Shown: piece by piece, positions 30,387-39,343 of the stretch
Layout: each line of letters starts with the position of its first letter
Numbering within the stretch: the stretch's first letter is position 1
Origin: a candidate division FCPU426 bacterium
GTDB lineage: Bacteria; Oederibacteriota; PGYV01; Palsa-1178
Assembly (NCBI GenBank): GCA_963840035.1
Contig: CAWIXE010000003.1
Coordinates: 288,001-352,000 of the forward strand
DNA length: 64,000 nt
Direction of reading: 5' to 3'
Notes under the pieces: generated by a model
What the model was told of the DNA's origin: nothing
Databases searched by the model: none
Seen by the model: the letters and a program-made list of their open reading frames with translations, nothing else
Translations under genes and position numbers: made by a program

Positions 30387-31385
30387 ATGGGGCGATCGCA
30401 CAGGATTATTTTTCCGGGGGCCATATACCATGTGTATGACCGCGGAAATGAAAAAATGAGGATATTTAAAGACGACCTTGAAAGAAAGGCTTTCCTTCAG
30501 TTTTTAAGAACGGTTAAAGAAAGGTATAAATTCAAGCTGCACGCATACGCCCTCATGCCGAATCATTATCACTTCCTCATGGAACCGGACGAAATTCCGC
30601 TATCAAAAATAATGCAGGTATTTAAGACAAAATACAGTCATTATTTTAATTTTAGGAATAACAGGGTGGGACATCTTTTTGAGGGAAGGTATAAGGCAAA
30701 ACTTGTGGAGAATAATGAGTACCTCGAGCAGGCGCTTTGTTACATACACTTAAATCCGGTGAAAAGCAGACTTGTAGAATCCATTGACGATTATACATGG
30801 AGCAGTCATGCGGAGGTGATAGGGGCGTCAAAAGAGGGCATATCCGATATTGAACTTTTGATAGAAATGTTTGGCTCAGATAAAAAAGCGGCCATTAAGG
30901 AATACAGGAGGCACATCGGGCATGCCTGGAAAACTAAAACTAAGCTGCCATATGAGGAATGGTTTGACAAACTCATTGCGGGCAGCAAAGAGTTTGCCGG
31001 GGAAGTACTGCATAAGGCGCAGAAAGCAGGTCTGAAAGTGTCTGTGCAAGCTTTCCGCGGGAACTGGGCAGGACAGGATGACATAATAAACCGCGTATGT
31101 GAAGGGTTTGAGGTCGGCAGGGAAGAGATGATAACCAAGAAAGGCAAATGGAATACGGCGAAGTTGGCGGCTATCTATCTGTTTTGGAAAAACACAGCGT
31201 TTACGCAAGCGCAGATAGCACTCGTATTTAACAATCTGCACCCGACCGGCGTAAAAAGGGCGGTTGATTCTGCAAGGGAAAAGATGCTTGATAATAGTGA
31301 GTTCAGGGCCCTGGTTGAGGCGGTAGAAAATAGACTGACCAGGAAAAGCAATAAAAGCAGCGCATTCGGTCCGAGCAATAATTAA
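30387..31385 (+). mobile_element. REP-associated tyrosine (HUH/Y1) transposase with C-terminal DnaA-like HTH
   Basis: YHVYDRGN, YALMPNHYHFL (HUH), GHLFEGRY, YIHLNPV (catalytic Tyr), WSS. Confidence 0.92.
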
Positions 31386-31438
31386 AAGACATCCAATCCA
31401 CCCCGGGATATAATTAAAAGTTTGAATTTTTACAATGT

Positions 31439-31485
31439 TTTCTCAACGCAGATTTGGTGCCTGACACCAAATCTGCGTTGAGAAA
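31439..31485. repeat. Transposase-associated palindrome, copy 2
   Basis: TTTCTCAACGCAGATTTGGTGCCTGACACCAAATCTGCGTTGAGAAA. Confidence 0.9.
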
Positions 31486-31735
31486 TATTGCCGGTTTGAT
31501 TGCGTGATAATTGCCGTGCCGGTTGTTGAGCGGTGGCCGGGTATTGTGCGGCGGTTTATTTTACGTAAAAATATTTTATTTTTGTACATACAAAACCTAT
31601 TGACACTTTTGCAAAATATTATATAATCATTTTCATATAGAGGGGTTTGAGCACTAACTTCACAAAAACATCGGAGATAGCCTTGTTTGTGGTTATTTCC
31701 ATTTTTTGTGGGGCTGGAAATTTACAGGGGGGATT

Positions 31736-32986
31736 GTGGCAGGTAAAAGGGGATTGGCGGTATTTGCGGCGGCGTTTGTCATTATTTTAACCGCTGTTTC
31801 ATGCTCTCAGGAAAAAATATACGGGCCATTAGGGGTTAATAAAATACCCCTGACATCAACGCCGACTTGCACGCCGGATGTGTCATATACGGTATACATC
31901 CACCAGGAAGCCACGCCCGCGGTGAGCGTGGGGGTTTCACTATATTCAGTGGATAAGGGTGTCACTATGACGGCAAAGACAGGAGCCGACGGCAAAGCCG
32001 GATTTCCCGTGCATAACGGCGGTAAGTGGAGCTTGTTGGTGGATTCCTTTAACGGCTTTGACAGCCAGGTCTTTGCCGTGGAACCGGTATCAAATACAAG
32101 CTACGCAGTGAATTACGGCATACCAACGCTGGATATGGAGCTGGTAAGTGGATCGGAAAACATTCCCGTTTCGGCTAGTACGATAGAATATAAGATTACG
32201 TATCATACGAAGTTTCCAAAGTTTGAAAGAATTTTTACGAGTGTTTCAAATAATGAATCAACTTTTGTATTTAATCCTCAAACAATTCGTAAAGATGGTG
32301 ATGTGTCGGTTTGCACTCTTAGTATTGTAAAAAGTTTTGAGGGATATACTGAGGCAGATAAGTATTTTAGATTTATTGTTGAAGGAATTCCAACAGCCGG
32401 AGACAGTACATATGCGGATGAGCGGACTTTAATAAAAGACTGGTATTTTAATATATCCGTAGATTTCATGTACATGGCTGTATATGATTACCCTGACAAC
32501 GGACATCATACGTCGTTTTATGCGGGTATCAGGAACACAAACGCGTCACTGTCCCATAACATACCGTTTGGGCCACAGCTGAAGTACGCGGTTTTAGATT
32601 CAGGCAATACGGGAAGCGCAGGCATGAATACGCCGTATAATGGGTTTTTAAGTCCACCGGCATTTACTGGATATGGGAGTTTTCAGGCGCTTTCGAAAAT
32701 ACCCACAAGCATGGGCTGGGACTACACAGCATCGCATCCTGACAATAACGGGTGGATAACGGTGCGGTTCTATGATGATTTATACCTGGATGTATCAAGG
32801 ACATTCAGTACTACCAATGGATGGGGCGTTACATGCGCGGACTGGTGTTGTATGTTGGGAGGGACTCCGACAAGTGATAACCATACCTGTGGCACCATAC
32901 CACCGGCAGGCGCGTGTTTTTTAAGCTCGTTTGCACCTGAACATGTGTGGCGCGAAAGGCATGAGACGATATACGTAAGCAGATAG
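31736..32986 (+). CDS. Surface lipoprotein, paralog of 9859-11130
   Basis: Lipobox AVSC; GPLGVNKIPLTSTPTCTPD; RFYDD; Cys-rich tail; GTG start after AGGGGGG. Confidence 0.75.
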   Translation: MAGKRGLAVFAAAFVIILTAVSCSQEKIYGPLGVNKIPLTSTPTCTPDVSYTVYIHQEATPAVSVGVSLYSVDKGVTMTAKTGADGKAGFPVHNGGKWSLLVDSFNGFDSQVFAVEPVSNTSYAVNYGIPTLDMELVSGSENIPVSASTIEYKITYHTKFPKFERIFTSVSNNESTFVFNPQTIRKDGDVSVCTLSIVKSFEGYTEADKYFRFIVEGIPTAGDSTYADERTLIKDWYFNISVDFMYMAVYDYPDNGHHTSFYAGIRNTNASLSHNIPFGPQLKYAVLDSGNTGSAGMNTPYNGFLSPPAFTGYGSFQALSKIPTSMGWDYTASHPDNNGWITVRFYDDLYLDVSRTFSTTNGWGVTCADWCCMLGGTPTSDNHTCGTIPPAGACFLSSFAPEHVWRERHETIYVSR

Positions 32987-33047
32987 TGTATTCTTGTCCT
33001 GCAAAAGGGGAAATGAAGTTTAGAAAATAATAAACACGGGAGGAAAT

Positions 33048-33770
33048 ATGAAAAAAGTTATCTTGCTTGTTTTAGCTGGGATGTCTGTGTTCTTATCGGT
33101 TTCATGTACCGGAAAACAGGGTGCTGCAGGGCTTGTAGGGCCAGCAGGTCCGCAACAGCCAGGGTTATATTATATAAGGATGTTTCAGGCAGGTGTTTAT
33201 TCACCGACGTATAATGGCCAGGCACAGAGCGCGATTTATGGAAGTTCATCATCTTCATACTATACTGACTCAAATAATCCGGTAAAACTAGGTGTAAACG
33301 ATACGCTGGGTTTATACAGGTCTTTATTTAGATTTGACATAAGTGCTTTACCAATCAGCAAAATTGTAGTGGATAAAGCAGAATTGACTTTTAAAACAAA
33401 TGGGGTGAATTACGGTGGGGGGGCGCAGGGCGTAAAAGTCCACAAGCTTACAGCGGCGTGGAATATTAATGTTACAAGTTGGTCGCACAGAACAAATGTA
33501 GACGATTGGACTAGTCTGGGCGGAGACTTCAGTACAAACACCATAACTCCAAATGCTATGTCTGTTAACATCCTTCCGGATTCCACTACCACCATAGCCC
33601 TTGATCCGGCCGTGGTGCAGGGGTGGATGGAAAACCCTGCTACGAATTACGGGGTGCTTTTAAAGGTGACTGACGAGACCGTGGCGAACTATTGTGAGAT
33701 ATATTCCTCGGGCGCTGTAGTGCCTTCAAACAGGCCTATGCTTAAGGTGTGGTATTATACGGTGGAATGA
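33048..33770 (+). CDS. Lipoprotein with short collagen-like segment and DNRLRE-like domain
   Basis: Lipobox SVSC, GKQGAAGLVGPAGP, RSLFRFDISALP, NYGVLLK, NRPMLKV. Confidence 0.75.
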   Translation: MKKVILLVLAGMSVFLSVSCTGKQGAAGLVGPAGPQQPGLYYIRMFQAGVYSPTYNGQAQSAIYGSSSSSYYTDSNNPVKLGVNDTLGLYRSLFRFDISALPISKIVVDKAELTFKTNGVNYGGGAQGVKVHKLTAAWNINVTSWSHRTNVDDWTSLGGDFSTNTITPNAMSVNILPDSTTTIALDPAVVQGWMENPATNYGVLLKVTDETVANYCEIYSSGAVVPSNRPMLKVWYYTVE

Positions 33771-33818
33771 CGAGATGCAGTAAATAACCGCTGGAATTCA
33801 AGCCGTAATAAATGCATC

Positions 33819-33855
33819 AATAATAAACCCCGGGAAAACCGGGGTTTATTATTTT
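33819..33855 (+). terminator. Intrinsic terminator
   Basis: AATAATAAACCCCGG-GAAAA-CCGGGGTTTATTATT. Confidence 0.8.
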
Positions 33856-33921
33856 ATGGGTTTGCGGAGCGTTGAAATAAAGTCATTTCCGGGGTGATAG
33901 GGGTTAAATCAAGGAATGTGT

Positions 33922-33966
33922 TTGTCAACGCAGATTTGGTGTCAGGCACCAAATCTGCGTTGACAA
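33922..33966. repeat. Transposase-associated palindrome, copy 3 (centre flipped)
   Basis: TTGTCAACGCAGATTTGGTGTCAGGCACCAAATCTGCGTTGACAA. Confidence 0.9.
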
Positions 33967-34084
33967 TGGTTTTATACGGCTATTGATGTCGTAATTATAA
34001 AAGAGTATAAATCTGCTATATAAAGACTGAATAATCGTATATACTCGTATACAGCCATAAATAATCATAAATAGCGGGAGAATT

Positions 34085-34471
34085 ATGAAAACAATAATAG
34101 TACTGGGCGCGATTGTGGAGAAAGACGGGAAGGTTTTGCTTGCCAAACGGAAGAAGGGCATATCCATGGCGGGCAAGTGGGAGTTTCCCGGGGGGAAGCT
34201 GGAGGATGGGGAGACGGAGAAGGAGTGTTTGAAAAGGGAGATAAAGGAAGAATTAGGAGTGGATGCGGAGGTTGGGAATTTCTTTGCGGAGAACAATTGG
34301 CCTGGCAAGGATAAAATCATAAACCTTAAGTGCTATAAAACCAGCTTAATAACAGAAAGAATGACACTGACAGACCATGATGAAATAGCATGGGTGAAAC
34401 CAGGGGAGTTGCTGTCATACGACCTAGCTCCGGCTGATGTGTCTGTGGCGTGGAAGCTGCAGGGGAAATAG
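34085..34471 (+). CDS. NUDIX hydrolase, MutT/NudG-like
   Basis: WEFPGGKLEDGETEKECLKREIKEELG NUDIX box; APAD. Confidence 0.93.
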   Translation: MKTIIVLGAIVEKDGKVLLAKRKKGISMAGKWEFPGGKLEDGETEKECLKREIKEELGVDAEVGNFFAENNWPGKDKIINLKCYKTSLITERMTLTDHDEIAWVKPGELLSYDLAPADVSVAWKLQGK

Positions 34472-34555
34472 AATTATGAATCGAGATCTGACACCGTTTA
34501 TCACCTGGTGATTTTTTGAAACCTCTGCTATATCTTATATATAAGGAGGTTTTTT

Positions 34556-34894
34556 ATGAATATATCAAAGTACTTTAAAGACCATGAACTTAAAGTCAAA
34601 GACGCTCTGCTTAAGGGCGATGCTGATTATCAGGGGGTGTTGGCAGAACATCTTGTTATGATCTCCCGGATACAGCATGAGCGGCTTATACATCTGCTGG
34701 TTACTTTGAGTTTTGCTTTGTTTCTTTTTATTCTTTTGGCCATCCTGGCATTTAAACCCACTTTCTGGCTTTTGCCGGCTATCATACTTATTGCGGGGCT
34801 TTTGATACCTTATGTGGGGCATTACTTCTTTCTTGAGAATACTGCCCAGTATTGGTATAAGTTGGCTGATCAGGTTAAAGATAAGGTCCGGTAA
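34556..34894 (+). CDS. Small two-TM hypothetical protein
   Basis: QHERLIHLLVT, HYFFLENTAQ.WY. Confidence 0.75.
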   Translation: MNISKYFKDHELKVKDALLKGDADYQGVLAEHLVMISRIQHERLIHLLVTLSFALFLFILLAILAFKPTFWLLPAIILIAGLLIPYVGHYFFLENTAQYWYKLADQVKDKVR

Positions 34895-35070
34895 AGACCT
34901 CAGAAATCCTCTTCTTATTCCCCTTTCTGGAACAAAGGGGAACGATAGCTGGAGGAGATTTATCTTTGGGGCAAGTCAGGCTGTAGTTGAGCGGGCGATT
35001 CGTGAATCGCCCCTACGAAAGCAAATCAAATGCAAATCATGTTCCAGGCAAATGGTATTCGCCCGTTACA

Positions 35071-35110
35071 AAAACAACAAAACCCCGGTTGCCCGGGGTT
35101 TTGTTGTTTT
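35071..35110. terminator. Bidirectional terminator
   Basis: AAAACAACAAAACCCCGG-TTGC-CCGGGGTTTTGTTGTTTT. Confidence 0.85.
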
Positions 35111-35129
35111 AATATATGTTGTGGCGGTT

Positions 35130-35882
35130 TTATGGTTTGACTACCGTTATTTCCGTCAGACACTCGACTTCCAGGTGGTTAGTTGTAGGCACTGTGGGGC
35201 CGGTGAATGCGTTTTCATTCATGTTATACGGGTAGACGGATACGTTATAACTTCCGCTGATGGGAAATGCCAGTGCTTCGGGTATGGTAAAGCCCGGGTC
35301 TATGTCTGTCAAAGAATCAGGCGCAGCAAAGGAACTATATGTTAATACGCTTGCGCCATTTCTTACCAGCACGAAGTCATCTGTCCCATCGTGGTCGTAA
35401 CTAACTACGTAGTTTGTTATTGAGACATTTTCCCCCGGTGCGGTGATGGAGGCGGTATATGTGCCAAAATGCGTTTGTATGCTTACGTTAAAAACAGAAC
35501 CCTGCACCACAGGGGTGTTAGATCCAGCCTGACTAGCGTACACCGACGAAGCAGGGCGGTATTCCAGCGTTTCGGAATTGACGGTTATTGTCGCGTACTG
35601 GTAGCTTACGCCGGCAACATTCAAAGTAAACCAGTAGCTTACGTAAGTATTTACGCAGTTGATTGAGGCAATTATATAGACAGACGGCAGCGCGGTATTA
35701 GTGGGTGTGATTGTAGCTGTAACTGTTGCCGTGCCGCTGATTGTAAATGTCGGCGTTATCGTGATGGTGGGCGTGGCAGTTTGAAGGGCGGAAGGCGCGG
35801 GGTCTGACGGGTTGGTTTTTTTGCATGAAATAAGGAGCACTAATGACAGAATAACGGCAATGAGAACTAAATACTTTTTCAT
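35130..35882 (-). CDS. Lipoprotein with Thr/Pro-rich linker
   Basis: Lipobox LISC; TATPTITITPTFT..TATITPT. Confidence 0.75.
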   Translation of the reverse strand: MKKYLVLIAVILSLVLLISCKKTNPSDPAPSALQTATPTITITPTFTISGTATVTATITPTNTALPSVYIIASINCVNTYVSYWFTLNVAGVSYQYATITVNSETLEYRPASSVYASQAGSNTPVVQGSVFNVSIQTHFGTYTASITAPGENVSITNYVVSYDHDGTDDFVLVRNGASVLTYSSFAAPDSLTDIDPGFTIPEALAFPISGSYNVSVYPYNMNENAFTGPTVPTTNHLEVECLTEITVVKP

Positions 35883-36002
35883 TTGTTTGGCCCTCCCAGG
35901 CTTTTGATAGATTAGCCATTGTAAGTAAATAGGCGTGGGATGTCAATGAAATATCATTAGAACAGGATGACGTGAGTACTTATGGTCGAAAATGGCGTGT
36001 TG

Positions 36003-36335
36003 TCAATACGTCTTATACATGGCGCAGTCCGCGTGGTCGCGGTGGCGGGAGAGTTTTATGGCGCTGGCGCTGCACAGGGGAGTGCTGTTATAACTGTAAC
36101 TTTTAACCTTGCATACTCCGACCCTTCCTATGACTGTAGTATCCCCGATCTTATCTGCGGACCTGGTGTATGTGTCGCATTTAGGATGGTCGTCTCCTAT
36201 GCATATGGACTTGGCGTGGCATAGTTTGCCGGTGTTAAACGCGCAGTCTGTCATGCCGCAACCTGATATCATGGGGATGGATGAGGTAACGGCGAGAACG
36301 TCAACATTGTCTTCGGCTTTATATTGGTACTCCAT
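36003..36335 (-). CDS. DUF1540-like Cys-rich protein, copy 1
   Basis: C..TDCAFN..KLCHAKSI, HPKCDTY, HADCAMY; ATG 36335 after AGGAG. Confidence 0.75.
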   Translation of the reverse strand: MEYQYKAEDNVDVLAVTSSIPMISGCGMTDCAFNTGKLCHAKSICIGDDHPKCDTYTRSADKIGDTTVIGRVGVCKVKSYSYNSTPLCSASAIKLSRHRDHADCAMYKTY

Positions 36336-36687
36336 TATGTGTGCTCCTGCTATTTTTTTAGCCCGGATTATGGCCGCGCGCGCCGGAGTGTGCCTTCCGT
36401 GCGCGCGGTGTTCAATCATCAGGTATATAGACTTATACAATTAAAAACGCTGCAGGGTAAGGGCGGAATTCCGCGGATTATTGACTTTTTTCTGCGGAGG
36501 TGTAGAAATAAGGTTTAGCCGAAAGACAGAGAGGCTACACATGTAAGTGAAAATTGGTGTTGTAAGAATTCGGGCGAGCCACACGTTTCCGCTGAAGCTT
36601 CAACGTGCATGGCCGGCTCGCCCCTACGAAGACAAATGAAAGAAACATAAAAAAAACCCGGTTTCCCGGGGTTTTGTTTGTTTATTA

Positions 36688-37023
36688 TTATATTGACTTG
36701 AACATCAGGCAGTCAGCGTGGTCGTCGTGCCTGGAGATTGTAATGCCTCCGGCGCCGCAAAGCATGCCGCCTTTGTTAAACAGGCATTTGACAACCTTGC
36801 ATGAACCCACCCCGCCGATGACGGAGCCTTCCCCGGATTTATGTTCCGAAGCGGAGTATGTATCGCATTTCTGGTGGTCGTCGCCTACGCTTATGGACTT
36901 GGCGTGGCAGATGTGGTTGGTGTTAAAGGAACAGTCGTCCATCGCGCAGTTTGATATCTTTGGAATCACTTCCGCCCTGACTATGAGTCCCTGTGCTGCC
37001 ATTTCTTTTTCCGGTCCGTTCAT
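36688..37023 (-). CDS. DUF1540-like Cys-rich protein, copy 2
   Basis: CAMDDCSFN..HICHAKSI, CKVVKCLFN..LCGA, HADCLMF. Confidence 0.8.
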   Translation of the reverse strand: MNGPEKEMAAQGLIVRAEVIPKISNCAMDDCSFNTNHICHAKSISVGDDHQKCDTYSASEHKSGEGSVIGGVGSCKVVKCLFNKGGMLCGAGGITISRHDDHADCLMFKSI

Positions 37024-37233
37024 GATACACCTCCAGATGAATTTTGTTAATTAACCCTACACGTATTTATATAATACATAGCGGCTTTTAAACAGACAGT
37101 AATTCCGCTTTTTATGGCCTTTTTTCCGTTTTGGGAGAAGGGGAAATAAGACGGCTATATGATGTTTCAGGATATTGCCGTTTGCCGTGTGGAGGATATA
37201 CTTAATATACAATTAAGAAAAAAAGGAGGGCGT

Positions 37234-37836
37234 ATGAAGCGGGTAATAACGTTCGCGGCAATAATTTTTTTCTTATTTTCTTCTTTTGTCCTGGCGGAAA
37301 ACGGGGTAATACAGTCAGGTTCTGCCGCTGACGCGGCGGATACGGCAGCCGGCCCGGCTGCAAATACATATACTGCGGCGGCATCGCTTATGTACTGGAA
37401 CGCCTTAGGCATAGAGCTTGTAATTCCGGGCCGCAGTATTCCGGGCATTTCGTATACGCGTTTTATCAGGCCGGATATATTTGCCACAGCGTTTGCGGGG
37501 CTTATAACCGACCGCGACGGCGTGGAAGCGCTGGTGTCAATAAACGGCTATAAAATGTTTAATGAATTTTTCTATGCAGGCCTGGGTTTTGGGACTATAT
37601 TTGACAGGGGCAGGACAATATTGATCGGAATCGCAAACCCTTCAGTGGGATTAATGGCCAGGATAACGCAGGAAATTACCATTTACGCCGAAGGCACAGC
37701 CTGGCTTCTGAAGGTAAATACGAATAACAATATGGATGAATTAACAGGAAACACGCTGCTGGTATTTAAAGCCGGAGTAAAATATAATTTTAAATGGTCT
37801 GATCCGCTGCCTGATATAAACGACATGATCAGGTAA
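37234..37836 (+). CDS. Secreted protein, probable small outer-membrane beta-barrel
   Basis: Signal peptide, amphipathic strands, KAGVKYNF near the end. Confidence 0.6.
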   Translation: MKRVITFAAIIFFLFSSFVLAENGVIQSGSAADAADTAAGPAANTYTAAASLMYWNALGIELVIPGRSIPGISYTRFIRPDIFATAFAGLITDRDGVEALVSINGYKMFNEFFYAGLGFGTIFDRGRTILIGIANPSVGLMARITQEITIYAEGTAWLLKVNTNNNMDELTGNTLLVFKAGVKYNFKWSDPLPDINDMIR

Positions 37837-37865
37837 AAGACGGAAAAAAAGGAAGGAGGAATAAA

Positions 37866-38195
37866 ATGAAAAAAATTCTAATGGTTTTGTCCGTGATGGC
37901 TTTTGCGGCGTTTGTATCGGCGGCAGCGGTCATAGTGCTGACCCCGCAGCAGGTTGCGGATGTCATAGCTAAGTCGGCGGAACAGGTAAAAAACGCGGCA
38001 ACGGAAACGGTAAAATATGAAAGCGCCGGGGATTCGCTGGCGGCAAACGCGAAAAGTACGGCAGTACCGCAGCCTGTGAGATTTAAAGCTGCGCAGGGAA
38101 AGGTGAAGACCAACAAAACAAAAATTATGAAGACGATGGGCGTAAAAGCTGAAAGCGCCGGCAATACAATTGGAGCGGTGAAAAGGCCGCAATAA
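37866..38195 (+). CDS. Small secreted Ala/Lys-rich protein
   Basis: MKKIL signal peptide, strong AGGAGG SD. Confidence 0.7.
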   Translation: MKKILMVLSVMAFAAFVSAAAVIVLTPQQVADVIAKSAEQVKNAATETVKYESAGDSLAANAKSTAVPQPVRFKAAQGKVKTNKTKIMKTMGVKAESAGNTIGAVKRPQ

Positions 38196-38337
38196 AAAGG
38201 TAAAAAACGTGAAACGGCATTTCGCCTGTATGAACAGTAATGTAGGCAGGGCTTGTTTTCCTCCGGAAGAATGTTATACTTTTTGCATGTCATACCAATG
38301 ACAAAAGCAGTAAAAAAATCCGAAGGAGGAAACAGAA

Positions 38338-38718
38338 ATGAAAAAGTTTTTAGTTGTAGCGTTCGCGGCCGTATTTGCAGCGTCACTGGCTGTAGCAGCG
38401 GACAAGAAAGCGGAAGAGAAAGCAGTAGACAAGGCAACAGCAGCAGCACCGGTAAAGGAAGCGAAAGCAGCAGTTGCAAAGGTTGAAGCGGCTGGCAACT
38501 CGGCATCGGCGGTTGTGGAAGGCGCGGCAAACTCGACAGACGCAAAGGCAATAGCTGCTGAGAAGAAAGCAAAGAAAGCGGCAGAAAAGAAAGCGAAAAA
38601 GGAAGCGAAAGAAGCTGCAAAGAAAGCAAAGGCAGAAGCGGCAAAGGCTGAAGGCGCAGGCAATTCAACAGCGGCACAGGCTGATAAGGCAGGAAATACC
38701 ACGGAAGTAAAGAAATAA
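38338..38718 (+). CDS. Secreted low-complexity Ala/Lys-rich protein
   Basis: MKKFL signal peptide; AEKKAKK repeats; AGGAGG SD. Confidence 0.75.
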   Translation: MKKFLVVAFAAVFAASLAVAADKKAEEKAVDKATAAAPVKEAKAAVAKVEAAGNSASAVVEGAANSTDAKAIAAEKKAKKAAEKKAKKEAKEAAKKAKAEAAKAEGAGNSTAAQADKAGNTTEVKK

Positions 38719-38806
38719 GCATCAGGATGGAGATATCAATAAAAAATAAAATCTAAAATAAACAGGAGGCTGGAAGACGGCCTGCCTGAAAACTCCATAT
38801 AAAACG

Positions 38807-38837
38807 AAAGGCCCGGGATTAAACCCGGGCCTTTTTT
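38807..38837 (+). terminator. Intrinsic terminator
   Basis: AAAGGCCCGGG-ATTAAA-CCCGGGCCTTTTTT. Confidence 0.8.
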
Positions 38838-39040
38838 ATTTGTGCGCTAATATTTACAGCTACTGTAGAGACGCCCCCGTGTACGGCACAGCTCGTGGGC
38901 GTCTCAAGGCAGGCGCTGTGTCTGAGACGGGCGCGAGGCCCGTCTCTACAAAAACGTTTGGATTTGTCTTGACACATAAGTATACAAAGTGTATAATTAT
39001 TACAAATATAGTATACGGAACTTTTGGAAAGGCTGAGGAT

Positions 39041-39343
39041 ATGGATAATTTGAGCAGAAAACAGCTTAGTTTAACTATAGTCACTGACGCCAGGGAAAAT
39101 GATTACGGCAGGTTCAAAGCTGCTGATTTTAACGTTGGCGCGGCCGCTTCTGAGGGGCTGCAGATCGTGGATCTGAAGCTTGGCGGGGGTAATAATAATG
39201 TGCTGGAGTTTATTGTGGAAGGGAACGCGGAGGCGGCAGAGGAGTTTGCGGAGCGGTTTGACTGCGTGGAGTATCAAATCAAAGACCTCAGAAATCCTCT
39301 TCTTATTCCCCTTTCTGGGGCAAAGGGGAACGATTGGGGGTAG
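39041..39343 (+). CDS. Small hypothetical protein; C-terminus read through a repeat
   Basis: TTGACA/TATAAT promoter upstream and GAGGA SD; last ~18 aa encoded by the 54-bp repeat. Confidence 0.55.
   Translation: MDNLSRKQLSLTIVTDARENDYGRFKAADFNVGAAASEGLQIVDLKLGGGNNNVLEFIVEGNAEAAEEFAERFDCVEYQIKDLRNPLLIPLSGAKGNDWG

Noticed and set aside
9859..32986. Diversity-generating retroelement acting on the lipoproteins
   Set aside because: No reverse transcriptase and no template/variable repeat pair differing only at adenines.
22143..34894. Integron cassette array
   Set aside because: No tyrosine integrase and no consistent RYYYAAC...GTTRRRY attC sites seen by eye; several genes have their own promoters or overlap.
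34812..35345. 177-aa + strand ORF
   Set aside because: Built from repeats, a terminator and the antisense of a lipoprotein gene.
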